This document shows, piece by piece, positions 1 through 9,720 of a stretch of 64,000 bases of DNA. Within the stretch, counting starts at the first letter, position 1. The number at the start of each line of letters is the position of its first letter. Where the stretch lies: assembly GCA_029858305.1 (NCBI GenBank), contig JAOUFI010000001.1, positions 160,001 to 224,000 of the forward strand, in the 5' to 3' direction. The stretch comes from Candidatus Thorarchaeota archaeon. GTDB taxonomy: Archaea > Asgardarchaeota > Thorarchaeia > Thorarchaeales > Thorarchaeaceae. The notes under the pieces were generated by a model. The model saw nothing but the letters and a program-made list of their open reading frames with translations. It ran no database searches and had not been told where the DNA came from. The translations under genes were made by a program, and so were the position numbers.

Positions 1-603
1 TGCCACACCCTTGACCACATCACGTCGGAGTCCTATGGAGAGATTGTCAAATTGTGCATGTAGTGCAAACCAACTCTCAATATGCCAGTCTCTGGCGCCC
101 CAGCTCTTATCTCGTTCCCCGAGCCCTTGTATTCTCACAACTCGACCATCAGAGAACTCGATAGTACCATGAGGCGCTCCAGACTGTTCAAAGTGCCCGT
201 GCCAAGATGTTCCACTGCCACTTCCAAAGTCATACGCGGTAAATCTTGTAGGCCAGACTATATTGACACTGAGATTTTTGCCCCTATATTCAATACGCCA
301 TTCTTTCAACGGTGTGACTAATTCGTACGATAAGATTCCGTCAGTCAACGATTTGGACAGGTCAGCAGAGAATGAACCACTTGGTTCGTTGAAGTGGACT
401 TCGCGTTCTTGTTCATAGAAGAGAGCAAACACAAACTCCCGTTTCTTCCTATTCGGAAGTAGACCAATAGTCGAGAATCCTGACATTCCCGAGTCAATGT
501 CCACCCAATTGAAGTAATAGCTCTCGCGCCAATCAGGATTTTCGTCTGCCTCATGTGCATATTCGTCAATCTCAGTTAGCGTACTCGTTCCTTTCAATTG
601 CAT
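1..603 (-). CDS. Partial CDS running off the window start; tocopherol-cyclase/AttH-like beta-barrel protein (DUF7064/7065-like)
   Basis: Not in the ORF track. Manual translation from ATG at 603: MQLKGTSTLTEIDEYAHEADENPDWRESYYFNW...GHFEQSG...GERDKSWGARDW, open to position 1; GGAG upstream. Confidence 0.65.
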   Translation of the reverse strand, partial: MQLKGTSTLTEIDEYAHEADENPDWRESYYFNWVDIDSGMSGFSTIGLLPNRKKREFVFALFYEQEREVHFNEPSGSFSADLSKSLTDGILSYELVTPLKEWRIEYRGKNLSVNIVWPTRFTAYDFGSGSGTSWHGHFEQSGAPHGTIEFSDGRVVRIQGLGERDKSWGARDWHIESWFALHAQFDNLSIGLRRDVVKGVA

Positions 604-609
604 TCGCTC

Positions 610-1776
610 CTATTCGGGGAGAAGATAGAGAGTTGGATCCTCTTCCATTTCATCATCGAATCGGCCAAACCGAATGAAAGCAGGATCTGCGTCATTATCC
701 ATAAAGAAGGGTACATGTTCATCTATGACTGATTGAGAGAGGTTCCAATCTATTTTGTCAGTGATTCCAACTTGATTTGTATAACGAGCATAACCTCTCC
801 AATAGGCTTGAGCTCCAGCGAGCATGAGTGTTCTCTTGTCCCATTCTGCAAATTTCAGGTATAACTCAGTCTGTGCTGCATCTGCAGCCTCAGCATATGC
901 AGAGAGCTCATCTAAACCAAGAGGCACAATCTTCAAACCATGTTTTGTGTATGCACAAGCTCTAGAAGCAAATCTGGAATAATCACCAGGTTCAACAGTT
1001 ACAGTACCTACGTCATTGAAGAAGGTTGTACAGTCCTTCAGAGTCATAGCGATACCCAAAGAGGCTGAAGGAAGTTTGGATTCTGTATCAGACCATGGTA
1101 ACCATAGATTTTCCTTTCCATCATGGAGGTGGGTATATTCCGAGATAATCATAATCTCATTATTATCCACGGGGTAAGGACCATGATCGATTATTTTTGC
1201 ACGAGCTTCACATTCATCCATGAATGCATAGAGATCAACTGCGCCAATATGACGTCGGATTTTCCGTACCTGTTCCTCAGTCACAGGCTCAAGGTGATTC
1301 TTAAGCCAATCGATACTGTCATCGCCGAGAGCTAGATTCACTCCCCCTGATAAGGCGACTGTTGGTTTTCCAGTATTGAAATAGTTAATACCCAAGTTGT
1401 ACCACTTTTCAAGCATCCATTTCCACTGTTCCTGACGCTCAAATGGTTCTTTCGATGGGTCGCTCTCATACTTGTTGAAAATAACACCCATCCTCGCAAG
1501 GCTGTAGTAAAGCCAGAGGTAAGTTATTGATAATGCATGAATCTCAGAAAGCAGTGTTTTACTTTTCTTTGCAAGCTCCTTAGGCGTAATTTTGCCCCAT
1601 ACTTGCGTCATTACATCATAGAGATGTTCGTAGGTCTGGTAAAAACTGACACTGATATACTCGTTTACAGGAAATAACTTCGATTCCAGAAGCCCACGTT
1701 CTGCAAGAATGTCAGAGAAGACTTGAGAAAGATGAGCTAATTGTTGATTGATTTCACTAGTTTCCAAGTGATTCAT
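610..1776 (-). CDS. Conserved hypothetical protein, putative substrate-binding partner of the split PEP-utilizing enzyme
   Basis: ORF 610-1866; likely start MNHLETSE at 1776 after GGAG; ERGLLESKLFPV motif; divergent from the His-swivel gene. Confidence 0.6.
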   Translation of the reverse strand: MNHLETSEINQQLAHLSQVFSDILAERGLLESKLFPVNEYISVSFYQTYEHLYDVMTQVWGKITPKELAKKSKTLLSEIHALSITYLWLYYSLARMGVIFNKYESDPSKEPFERQEQWKWMLEKWYNLGINYFNTGKPTVALSGGVNLALGDDSIDWLKNHLEPVTEEQVRKIRRHIGAVDLYAFMDECEARAKIIDHGPYPVDNNEIMIISEYTHLHDGKENLWLPWSDTESKLPSASLGIAMTLKDCTTFFNDVGTVTVEPGDYSRFASRACAYTKHGLKIVPLGLDELSAYAEAADAAQTELYLKFAEWDKRTLMLAGAQAYWRGYARYTNQVGITDKIDWNLSQSVIDEHVPFFMDNDADPAFIRFGRFDDEMEEDPTLYLLPE

Positions 1777-1907
1777 CTCCGAAAAGGTGTGTGCACATTG
1801 AAATATTGGAGCTAAAACTGCTAGTATTAAGTCGTTCGAAACCATAAGCAGTCTTATAATGGACAAAACATTTCAGAAGTGAAAACCTCTCTGGTGGCAG
1901 ATTCTGA

Positions 1908-2258
1908 TTGAAACGAGTTGGAAACGGACTTATTTCATTGAAGCTCAATGCAGAAGGTGAGCTTAGGTATATTACCTCTGTCCAGGAGGTCGTCAAACTT
2001 TTGAAGGAAGGTCCTAATGGAAAAATTGCGTTGGTGGATGACGCAGGGACCACATTTCTTGCACCTGTTCTATCAAAACTTGCGGGGGTTGTTTGCAGGT
2101 CTGGAGCGTTAGGATCTCACCTAGCTATTGTCACTCGCGAGTTTGAGATACCTGCATTGATGGGAGTGCAGATTGAGAATCCACAGGAAATCCATGGCAA
2201 ACATGCAGTTATTGAGCCTGAGGATGGAACCTCAGGAGCCCTCTATATAAGAGAATAG
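1908..2258 (+). CDS. Stand-alone PEP-utilizing enzyme mobile (phospho-His swivel) domain protein
   Basis: GALGSHLAIVTREFEIPALMG phosphohistidine signature; only 116 aa. Confidence 0.85.
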   Translation: MKRVGNGLISLKLNAEGELRYITSVQEVVKLLKEGPNGKIALVDDAGTTFLAPVLSKLAGVVCRSGALGSHLAIVTREFEIPALMGVQIENPQEIHGKHAVIEPEDGTSGALYIRE

Positions 2259-2273
2259 TTGGAAGTTACATAA

Positions 2274-3266
2274 GTGCGCGCTAACAGGATTCCTTTGGTT
2301 CAACCTCTAGACACGATTAGGCCAGAGGATATTGAAACTCATGGTGGAAAGGCAACAAACATCGCTCGTCTGAAGCTTGCAGGATTTTGCGTACCAAGGG
2401 GATTCTCGATCTCTAGCCTCAGTTTCAATCGTATCAGAAAGAGTCTTCCAGAAATCAACAAGTTTCTTGATAGACTCGAAGACGAAGAAGACTTTGAAGA
2501 AATACTCAATCTTGCAGAAAAGCTGCAAACTCTGGTGAATTCGTACCAAATACCAGAAGATCTGAAATCAGAGATATCGCAAGAGTTCCAACGGTTGCAA
2601 GAACAACAGATTGGTTCTGTATGGGGATATGCTGTTCGCTCCTCGGCAACTATTGAGGATAGAAATGATATTTCATTTGCAGGTCAAGCAAATAGCTACC
2701 TATGTGTAAAAGAAATTTCAAACATATTTGATGCTGTTAAGCAGGTCTGGAAATCTGTCTATTCGCCTAGCGCGTTGATATATCTAAAGAATAAAGGAGT
2801 ACCAATAAATCTGGTCAAAATGGCCATAGTAGTTCAGGAAATGATACCTGCTATTGTATCAGGCGTAATGTTCACCGCCAATGTAGTGAGTAACAACAGA
2901 AAGGAGATGCTAATTAATGCAACTTGGGGCTTGGGAGAAACATTGGTGTCGGGACGAGTCATTCCTGATACGTTTATTCTGTCAAAGAATCCACTGAGTA
3001 TCATACAAAAAGAGATGGGAGCCAAAGAGATTACTAGCATTGTTGTTGCTTCAGAAGGAGATGCTAAAACGAATACACATACCACACCAAGAGAAAAATG
3101 TGAGAAATATACTCTAGAGAATCATGAATTATTAAGAGTAGCACAACTAGGCATAGAGATAGAGAAGCAAATGGGATCACCCCAAGACATTGAATGGTGC
3201 ATCAGGACAGATGGTGAAATCGTGATTCTTCAATCACGACCGATAACTTCTCTCAGAATCCCCTAA
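2274..3266 (+). CDS. Stand-alone PEP synthase/PPDK N-terminal ATP-grasp domain protein
   Basis: GGKATN, AVRSSATIED..SFAGQ, MAIVVQEM, GVMFT, WGLGETLVSG, PQDIEW, ILQSRPIT; ends right after the domain. Confidence 0.9.
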   Translation: MRANRIPLVQPLDTIRPEDIETHGGKATNIARLKLAGFCVPRGFSISSLSFNRIRKSLPEINKFLDRLEDEEDFEEILNLAEKLQTLVNSYQIPEDLKSEISQEFQRLQEQQIGSVWGYAVRSSATIEDRNDISFAGQANSYLCVKEISNIFDAVKQVWKSVYSPSALIYLKNKGVPINLVKMAIVVQEMIPAIVSGVMFTANVVSNNRKEMLINATWGLGETLVSGRVIPDTFILSKNPLSIIQKEMGAKEITSIVVASEGDAKTNTHTTPREKCEKYTLENHELLRVAQLGIEIEKQMGSPQDIEWCIRTDGEIVILQSRPITSLRIP

Positions 3267-3537
3267 TTATTGCTAGCGAGTCGCCAGGCTTGACTGTTAT
3301 TGCCTTCTCTGGGCAGACCTCCACACATTTCATACATCCAGTACATTTAGAGAGCCAAATTGCATCGACCCGCCAAATCTCTGGATTATGTGGGTCTGGG
3401 TGTTTTTCCAGCGTAGGATGCATTAGAAACACAGCTGGATCGCAAACAAAGAGGCATTTCCTGCACTCACGAGGGTCCGTGCTAGCTCCTGTGTGACACT
3501 TTGAATAGTCCAACTTGATGCTTGTTTTTTTAGTCAT
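3253..3537 (-). CDS. 4Fe-4S ferredoxin
   Basis: C..CRKCLFVC and CTGCMKCVEVCP motifs. Confidence 0.8.
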   Translation of the reverse strand: MTKKTSIKLDYSKCHTGASTDPRECRKCLFVCDPAVFLMHPTLEKHPDPHNPEIWRVDAIWLSKCTGCMKCVEVCPEKAITVKPGDSLAIIRGF

Positions 3538-3547
3538 CTTGTACACC

Positions 3548-4417
3548 TCAGTATTTTCCAGCTTGTCCTGGAATCGACTCTCGTGGGACAAGATTCAGTG
3601 CATCATGCTTGCATGCATGTCGACAGACACCACATCCAAAGCACTTGTCCAAATCCACAATTACGCGTTTCACCGACGGGAGGTATCGAAGTGCATTGAA
3701 TTGACACATCCTGACGCAAGACTTGCAGCCTTCGCATTTATCGATATCAATGTCAATGAGATACTCCCCTTTGTAAACTGTCTTCAAATTGAAGTCATTT
3801 CTTAGTCTGAGACCACCACACTCAGGGCTTTCACAAGAGCAAATAGCATTGATGTAGGGTACCGGTTGGAACCAGACAGATGCAACATAGCCCTTCTCAT
3901 TCTGTTCCTGAAGAGCTTGGATTGCTTCTTCGCGATCGAGTCTGTATTTGACTCCCTCAGGGATGTATCTTGTATGTTTCTCAATGACCTCTGATAACTG
4001 GCCAAAATTGATACAAACTGCATCCTTCACACCCCTTTGCATCCACCTACAAACACAGTAATTCTTGATAATGGGTTCAGCCGCGAGATTCCCCATGATA
4101 TGTTGAGCATCTTCGAGAGGGAGCACCTGGCCGAAATGACCATCAGCTCGAACAGGATTTCTATTCTCCTTCTCACTGTGTATCTGTCCCTCAACCACTT
4201 TACGAATTAATCGTCCTATGATTGGCATCTGCATTTTATAACCGAGACCAATGGAGTTGAATCCCATAATCTTTCGAATGAAGAGGGTTTCCATGTTCTT
4301 CCACTGCTCTTCCAGATATTCGCCAGCATTGTACTCATCAGCCAACTCATTTCGATACAACCTGGCATTATTGTACCACTTTCCACCATCGCCGTGTTTG
4401 AAACACCATTCGCACAT
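3548..4417 (-). CDS. 4Fe-4S dicluster domain protein with Cys-rich N-terminal region
   Basis: CVCR, ICSC...C, CEGCKSCVRMC, CFGCGVCRHAC. Confidence 0.8.
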   Translation of the reverse strand: MCEWCFKHGDGGKWYNNARLYRNELADEYNAGEYLEEQWKNMETLFIRKIMGFNSIGLGYKMQMPIIGRLIRKVVEGQIHSEKENRNPVRADGHFGQVLPLEDAQHIMGNLAAEPIIKNYCVCRWMQRGVKDAVCINFGQLSEVIEKHTRYIPEGVKYRLDREEAIQALQEQNEKGYVASVWFQPVPYINAICSCESPECGGLRLRNDFNLKTVYKGEYLIDIDIDKCEGCKSCVRMCQFNALRYLPSVKRVIVDLDKCFGCGVCRHACKHDALNLVPRESIPGQAGKY

Positions 4418-4699
4418 ACATATCGCCTGCAGAGTCTAAGTACTTGTTGTTTGATATTCTCCGAAATCAAATGCAATATTTAAGACTCCCGACCAAATAA
4501 TGAGAAGTCGTGGCGGGGATGAATGCCTCTCAATCCATGATTATTCTCCGCTATCGCATGTACTGAGATTCTTTTTTTGATATGATACATGTGTACATTC
4601 AGTGGAGTAGAATGAATGGAGAAACTGGAGGATTGAATAATACTAGTAATCCTTTTCACACTCAATAGAGTCTAAAGAAAATTATAGAGGAGTGCCCAT

Positions 4700-6796
4700 A
4701 TGATTCGACTGATTGGTATCCTGACCACCGGCGGCGTTCCTATTAAAGTCAAGAGCGCTATGGATGCAGACGGTCAGATGATAATCGGTCCTTTAATAGA
4801 AGCTGCTAAAGCACTTAGTAATGTAATCGGTAGTGGAGAGGTCAGGAAACTCGGCTTTAGAGAGAATACTCTAATTGTGACCGAGTGTAAAAAGGGATAC
4901 ACCATTGTTGCACTTGTGAGCAAGGCGGAGGACTACATGGACAGTCTCCTTCGTGTGATAGCTGATGCAATTGATGATTCTGACTTAGCAACCGCAGATG
5001 GATCTGTAAATGACAGTCATGAAAGAATAATTGATCAGATTATTCATACTTATACCAGAGAGCATGTAGAAACTGGATTCCTTGAGATACTGCCTAGTGT
5101 CTGGAATCCAATTCTAAGCGCATTAAAACAAAGCGAGAAACTTTCAGTATCACTTCAGGAGGTAGAAGCACTCCTAAGCAAGGAGGAATCTGTTACAGGA
5201 TGGAATAAACTCAAAGCAGGAGTAAACGGGACTTTAAAGGACGCACTTCTATTTGCGCTCCAAGGAGAGTTTGATCGAGCATGCGCAATGGCAATGAACG
5301 TAGAGGGAGCGTTGGCTGGTGTGTTCTGCATTAAGATGGGGGCCTTGACTCACACAATGACGAAGGTAATTTCGCCACCCCTAACAGAGCTGAAACAAAT
5401 TGCTGCCGCTCTTCCAGAAGACTATCCCTTCACGGATTTTGCCCGATCATTAGTGAGTTTTACTGCAGGGGAACTCATCCCGGCGGACTATTCGCGAGTT
5501 TTTAGAGAAACAGTAAATCGATTTGAATTCAAAGACGATGAAGAGCATCTTCTACTGGGTTTTATGTTTCTTGATGCTCGAGTTGTTGACTACCAGAAAT
5601 TTGCACAGAAATTACTCAATCTGTACAGAGAGAAATCAGAGGTGTTTTGTTCATATATTGAATCAATCGACGAGAGAGGAAAATTATTCGAAAAACTCTA
5701 TTCAATTACCAACTACGGTGCGTTCCGTGATGAACTAGGGATGTACAAATCACGAATTACAAGTATCCTTGGAAACATAAACTGGGTTCTTGATTCAGAT
5801 CTATTGTGGGAGCTGAAAAAAGAGGGTAAAGGGATTGAGATTGGAGTTACGGCTTCTTTGAAGCTCCAGAATTATATTGCAATTCTGACTGCCTTAGCTG
5901 AATCACCCGTACTCACAATTGGCGAACGGAGAGAAGTGCTTGAGGAGGTTCTCATGTTATATCGAGACTACTTCAGAGATCTAATGATGGTCGAAGTGCC
6001 TCTCTTTAGCTACACCTTGGATAGTGTCTTCCAAAGTCTAAGCGTGGCCAATGCAGAATACTACTTCCTGACAACTGGTGAAAGTCGTAAACAACATTTA
6101 GACCAATCAATAGATTTCCTCTCAGATATCTATCATACAATAGAAGAAGAATGGCCGAAGTCACAGGTACGATTCTCGTTGTTTGTTGTAGGGAACGCTC
6201 TAAGTCCAGTTTTTACAAGAGCAGACATATTATCGGATGAAGAAGTACGGTTAGTATACTTGGCAATGAAACTACTAGATGTTAATACCATTGATGCAAT
6301 ACAGATAACAAAACCAGAAGCCTACGCGACAAATCTTGGAAACACGATAACAACGTTGGCTGCACTAGCTGCACGACTCCTTGAAACTGAGGAACGAACA
6401 GTGGTTCTAAAGAGATGCGTAGAAATTATTCTTGACACTCAAGAGTGGTTCATTTCTCGAGGTGTAATATGTCGCGATGATATAATGTCTGCAAGTTTCC
6501 ACTCCTCACTGGTCACTGCGACTCTAGAAGGCGATGAGTTAGAACGTATTGTAAATAGGGTGATTGCCCTCAATCGTATAGCAATTCAAGACCCTGTCAA
6601 GTATGATTATGAAGTTGCAATGATTTCAAGTCCATACATAGGAATACTGATTGATGCCTGTAATCGTTTGAGCAATAAGAAATACTTACAACTTGCAAGG
6701 GACTCATTTGACTCAGCATACCGAGCTTGGATCAAGTATGGCTTTCCAGAGAAAGCAGTGAATTTTAAGAAAAAATACGGAAATATTGCGTGTTAA
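4700..6796 (+). CDS. Longin-like N-terminal domain fused to a long alpha-helical region
   Basis: N-terminus MIRLIGILTTGGVPI...helix...LGFRENTLIV...YTIVALVS has the longin beta-beta-alpha-beta-beta-beta-alpha pattern; remainder helical. Confidence 0.55.
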   Translation: MIRLIGILTTGGVPIKVKSAMDADGQMIIGPLIEAAKALSNVIGSGEVRKLGFRENTLIVTECKKGYTIVALVSKAEDYMDSLLRVIADAIDDSDLATADGSVNDSHERIIDQIIHTYTREHVETGFLEILPSVWNPILSALKQSEKLSVSLQEVEALLSKEESVTGWNKLKAGVNGTLKDALLFALQGEFDRACAMAMNVEGALAGVFCIKMGALTHTMTKVISPPLTELKQIAAALPEDYPFTDFARSLVSFTAGELIPADYSRVFRETVNRFEFKDDEEHLLLGFMFLDARVVDYQKFAQKLLNLYREKSEVFCSYIESIDERGKLFEKLYSITNYGAFRDELGMYKSRITSILGNINWVLDSDLLWELKKEGKGIEIGVTASLKLQNYIAILTALAESPVLTIGERREVLEEVLMLYRDYFRDLMMVEVPLFSYTLDSVFQSLSVANAEYYFLTTGESRKQHLDQSIDFLSDIYHTIEEEWPKSQVRFSLFVVGNALSPVFTRADILSDEEVRLVYLAMKLLDVNTIDAIQITKPEAYATNLGNTITTLAALAARLLETEERTVVLKRCVEIILDTQEWFISRGVICRDDIMSASFHSSLVTATLEGDELERIVNRVIALNRIAIQDPVKYDYEVAMISSPYIGILIDACNRLSNKKYLQLARDSFDSAYRAWIKYGFPEKAVNFKKKYGNIAC

Positions 6797-6814
6797 ATTT
6801 CAATATGAGAGTGG

Positions 6815-8050
6815 ATGAGTACAATGGGAAGGATGAAGAAATACAAGGGTTACAAGGCATATCAGTATCTTACTCCAGGCGTTGATTATAAGGTCTTCAA
6901 ACTGAGAGATGCAATTAGGAAAGATTGGGCTTTTACATTGCCACTCTCAAAGACCGAGGAGGAACGAGTAGAGGGAATTCTCGAGAAGAACATTGTAATC
7001 GATCTCCACGAGCATCCAACATTGATGGTTGAGGATGCAAATCAGTCGGTTGAGATGTGGAGAGAGGGAAGGGAATTCATGGCCTATGAGGCTCTGAGTC
7101 AATCACCACTCGATGGTGTCTTTGATAACTTGATGGACGGCAGCGCACAAATCACTTCTAAACAGGGCTGGAAATGGACTGATATGATCCATGATCTAGG
7201 CCAGAGACTCTGCGATATCAACCATCAAGACTATGTGATTCATTGCAAAAGACCGGATGATATTGTTGCAGCACATAAAGAGGGGAAGCTAGCCTGGGTT
7301 GCGGTACTTGAGAGTTCATCATCCATAGAGAATGAAATGGATCGTATTGACATACTTTATGGTCTTGGTATCAGGTCAATGGGATTAACCTACAGCGAGT
7401 CGAATATGCTTGGTTCAGGTTTGAACGAGATGACGGACGGAGGGCTTACGGATTTTGGATATGATTGTGTGGTAAGAATGAACAAAGTGGGAATGCTCAT
7501 TGATGTGAGCCATGCAGGAGACAAGACGGCCTTGGATGCAATAGAGGGCAGTAAGAAGCCAATAATCGTATCCCATGCTGGTGCCCGTGCATTATTGCCA
7601 ATCAAGCGTTTGTTCCCTGATGAAGTTCTACAGGCGCTGGCAGAATCAGATGGAGTCATAGGTATAGAAGCTGCACCAGGTTACACAGCAACAAAAGATG
7701 ATCCAGTTCCCTCGATTGATACATATATGGCGCACCTAGAATATTGTGTCGAGCTGATGGGTATAGACCATGTAGGGTGTGGACCAGACACGCTCTATGG
7801 TGATCATGTTGGATTCTACCGCTTGGAAGACGACCGACTACTGTCTGCGGGATTAGGTCATTATTCCAGACCGGGAAAGACTGGTGAACCACCCGTGAAT
7901 CAACTTCCGGACTATGTAAGGGGCATGGAGAATGCTACTGAAGCCATGGATAATGTAGCAAGATGGCTTGTGAAGAACGGTTACTCAGACGAGGAGATAG
8001 CAAAGATCATCGGAGGCAATGCTCTAAGGCTACTGAAAGCAGTATGGTAG
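6815..8050 (+). CDS. Membrane dipeptidase family (peptidase M19)
   Basis: IDLHEH, LTYS, GLTDFG, IDVSH, IVSH, GIDHVGCGPD, IIGGNALR. Confidence 0.9.
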   Translation: MSTMGRMKKYKGYKAYQYLTPGVDYKVFKLRDAIRKDWAFTLPLSKTEEERVEGILEKNIVIDLHEHPTLMVEDANQSVEMWREGREFMAYEALSQSPLDGVFDNLMDGSAQITSKQGWKWTDMIHDLGQRLCDINHQDYVIHCKRPDDIVAAHKEGKLAWVAVLESSSSIENEMDRIDILYGLGIRSMGLTYSESNMLGSGLNEMTDGGLTDFGYDCVVRMNKVGMLIDVSHAGDKTALDAIEGSKKPIIVSHAGARALLPIKRLFPDEVLQALAESDGVIGIEAAPGYTATKDDPVPSIDTYMAHLEYCVELMGIDHVGCGPDTLYGDHVGFYRLEDDRLLSAGLGHYSRPGKTGEPPVNQLPDYVRGMENATEAMDNVARWLVKNGYSDEEIAKIIGGNALRLLKAVW

Positions 8051-8094
8051 GTATTGTTAGAGCCAATAGTCAAGATCCGAGATGGGAGATGGCG

Positions 8095-9024
8095 TCATAT
8101 TCTATCATCGTTCTGTGTTGGTTCTTTTTCGACTGGAGCAATGACTGGGCGGTGTACCTCACTTGCCCCCAAGGGTTTTGCTATGCGCTTGATAAAACCA
8201 ACTGACTTCTTCTGTGCAACTTCGTTGAGTATCACTACCGGGACAACAAAAGACATGACAAGTAGGGGAATTCCTGCAGTCCATAAGAAGCTGATGAAAA
8301 CAGGACTTCTAAGTATTGATTCGCCTGGGTGAAATATATCCAAACCCTGAATGACAAAGGTATTAAAAAAGTGCTCCATGAACATAGCAATTGGAAAAGC
8401 AAGTATTGAGTAACCTCCTAACATGCTGCTGTACCATTTGCCCACACCTTCAGTATCAGGGCATTGCCGCACCTCTAATTGTCCGCGTTTGAGATGTGTT
8501 ACAATACCTGCATCATTTAGAATCCAAGTCGGCATGAACAATGCCAATGCTATTGGCATCATGATTAATGCGCCCATAAGTGTAGTACTAATAGGATATA
8601 GAAACTTGATTGAGTCATCTATTGCTGCTGGATCTACAAAGAGGTACCTACTAAGTATTCCGCGCACTAGACCTGCCGTACTCACACTAAATAGAGCTGG
8701 CAATGCAGCTCTACGAAGTATCCGGATACCACCAAATTTCGAGCCAATATGCATGATGTCAGTATCAAAGGCTGCAGCCTTAACCAATTTATGAAACAGG
8801 AGCATCAGAGCGGCCATTGGAATTGCTATAATGAAGTACTCAAGTGCGATGACAGGAATAGCAATGCCTAGTACAATTAAGATGTCAGTATACAGTGTAC
8901 CCTCAATAAAGGGGATAAAGCTGAGAAAAGGAAAGTCCTTTGTAACCCAATATATTGAGAAAATTGTGGAAGCAATCCCAACAATAGCAAATATTATCGG
9001 GAAGAAGAATCGTGAACGACCCAT
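8095..9024 (-). CDS. Hypothetical multi-pass membrane protein
   Basis: 309 aa ORF with about 6 hydrophobic segments. Confidence 0.7.
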   Translation of the reverse strand: MGRSRFFFPIIFAIVGIASTIFSIYWVTKDFPFLSFIPFIEGTLYTDILIVLGIAIPVIALEYFIIAIPMAALMLLFHKLVKAAAFDTDIMHIGSKFGGIRILRRAALPALFSVSTAGLVRGILSRYLFVDPAAIDDSIKFLYPISTTLMGALIMMPIALALFMPTWILNDAGIVTHLKRGQLEVRQCPDTEGVGKWYSSMLGGYSILAFPIAMFMEHFFNTFVIQGLDIFHPGESILRSPVFISFLWTAGIPLLVMSFVVPVVILNEVAQKKSVGFIKRIAKPLGASEVHRPVIAPVEKEPTQNDDRI

Positions 9025-9187
9025 TGTTCCGGACTCCTTGTGATGTTATATGTTGGACAATGGATTCGGTGGTATATAGACCATACGGCTGTGTATTAAG
9101 AGAAACCATAGCAATTCTTGAGATTGTGTTATATGCAGACGGTGGTGAAATCTTTCAACTTATAACAAATGAGTGCATAGCAAAGAT

Positions 9188-9655
9188 ATGTCATTCGTGA
9201 AATCTATCATCAATTATACAATGTGGGCGAACGATACTATATGGAGAATCACTGAGAAGCTGACTGATGAGGAATTTAGTCGAGATTTTGATAAAGCCGG
9301 TGGAAGCATTCGACTTAGATACATTCACCTAGCTGAAGATACTTGGGAGTGGTATCATGACTGGCATTGTGAGGAACCAGAAGAGCCAGACTTTTCTGAA
9401 ATGACAAGAGGTGAACTTTACAAATTCACGATGGACTATATTATGAAGTGGAGAAGCCTGATTGATGAACTAACGGTGAACTCCTTCAAGGATGAGCGGA
9501 ATGGAAAGGTCGTTATAGTCACGCTTGATGAAATGATATTCCATCTGGCAAATCATCACACCTATCATAGAGGACAGATAGTCATGGGGCTAAGGCTGCT
9601 GGGCAAAAATGTTGAGATGACCGATTATGTTCCTTACAGATTCAAGACTGCATAA
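9188..9655 (+). CDS. DinB/YfiT family protein
   Basis: YTMWAN, SIR..YIH, HLANHHTYHRGQ. Confidence 0.9.
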   Translation: MSFVKSIINYTMWANDTIWRITEKLTDEEFSRDFDKAGGSIRLRYIHLAEDTWEWYHDWHCEEPEEPDFSEMTRGELYKFTMDYIMKWRSLIDELTVNSFKDERNGKVVIVTLDEMIFHLANHHTYHRGQIVMGLRLLGKNVEMTDYVPYRFKTA

Positions 9656-9667
9656 CAATCTTAGATT

Positions 9668-9704
9668 AAAAAAGATCTAGAGGGAGACCCTTGCAGGTCT
9701 CTCT
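9668..9704 (-). terminator. Stem-loop plus U-tract downstream of acs, between convergent dinB and acs
   Basis: GAGACC-6nt-GGTCTC stem (extendable) followed on the minus strand by TTTTTT. Confidence 0.5.
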
Positions 9705-9720
9705 CCGGGTAATCTAAATT

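Noticed and set aside
82-569. Track ORFs 82-321 (+) and 345-569 (-)
   Set aside because: Shadow frames of the minus-strand CDS 603 to <1
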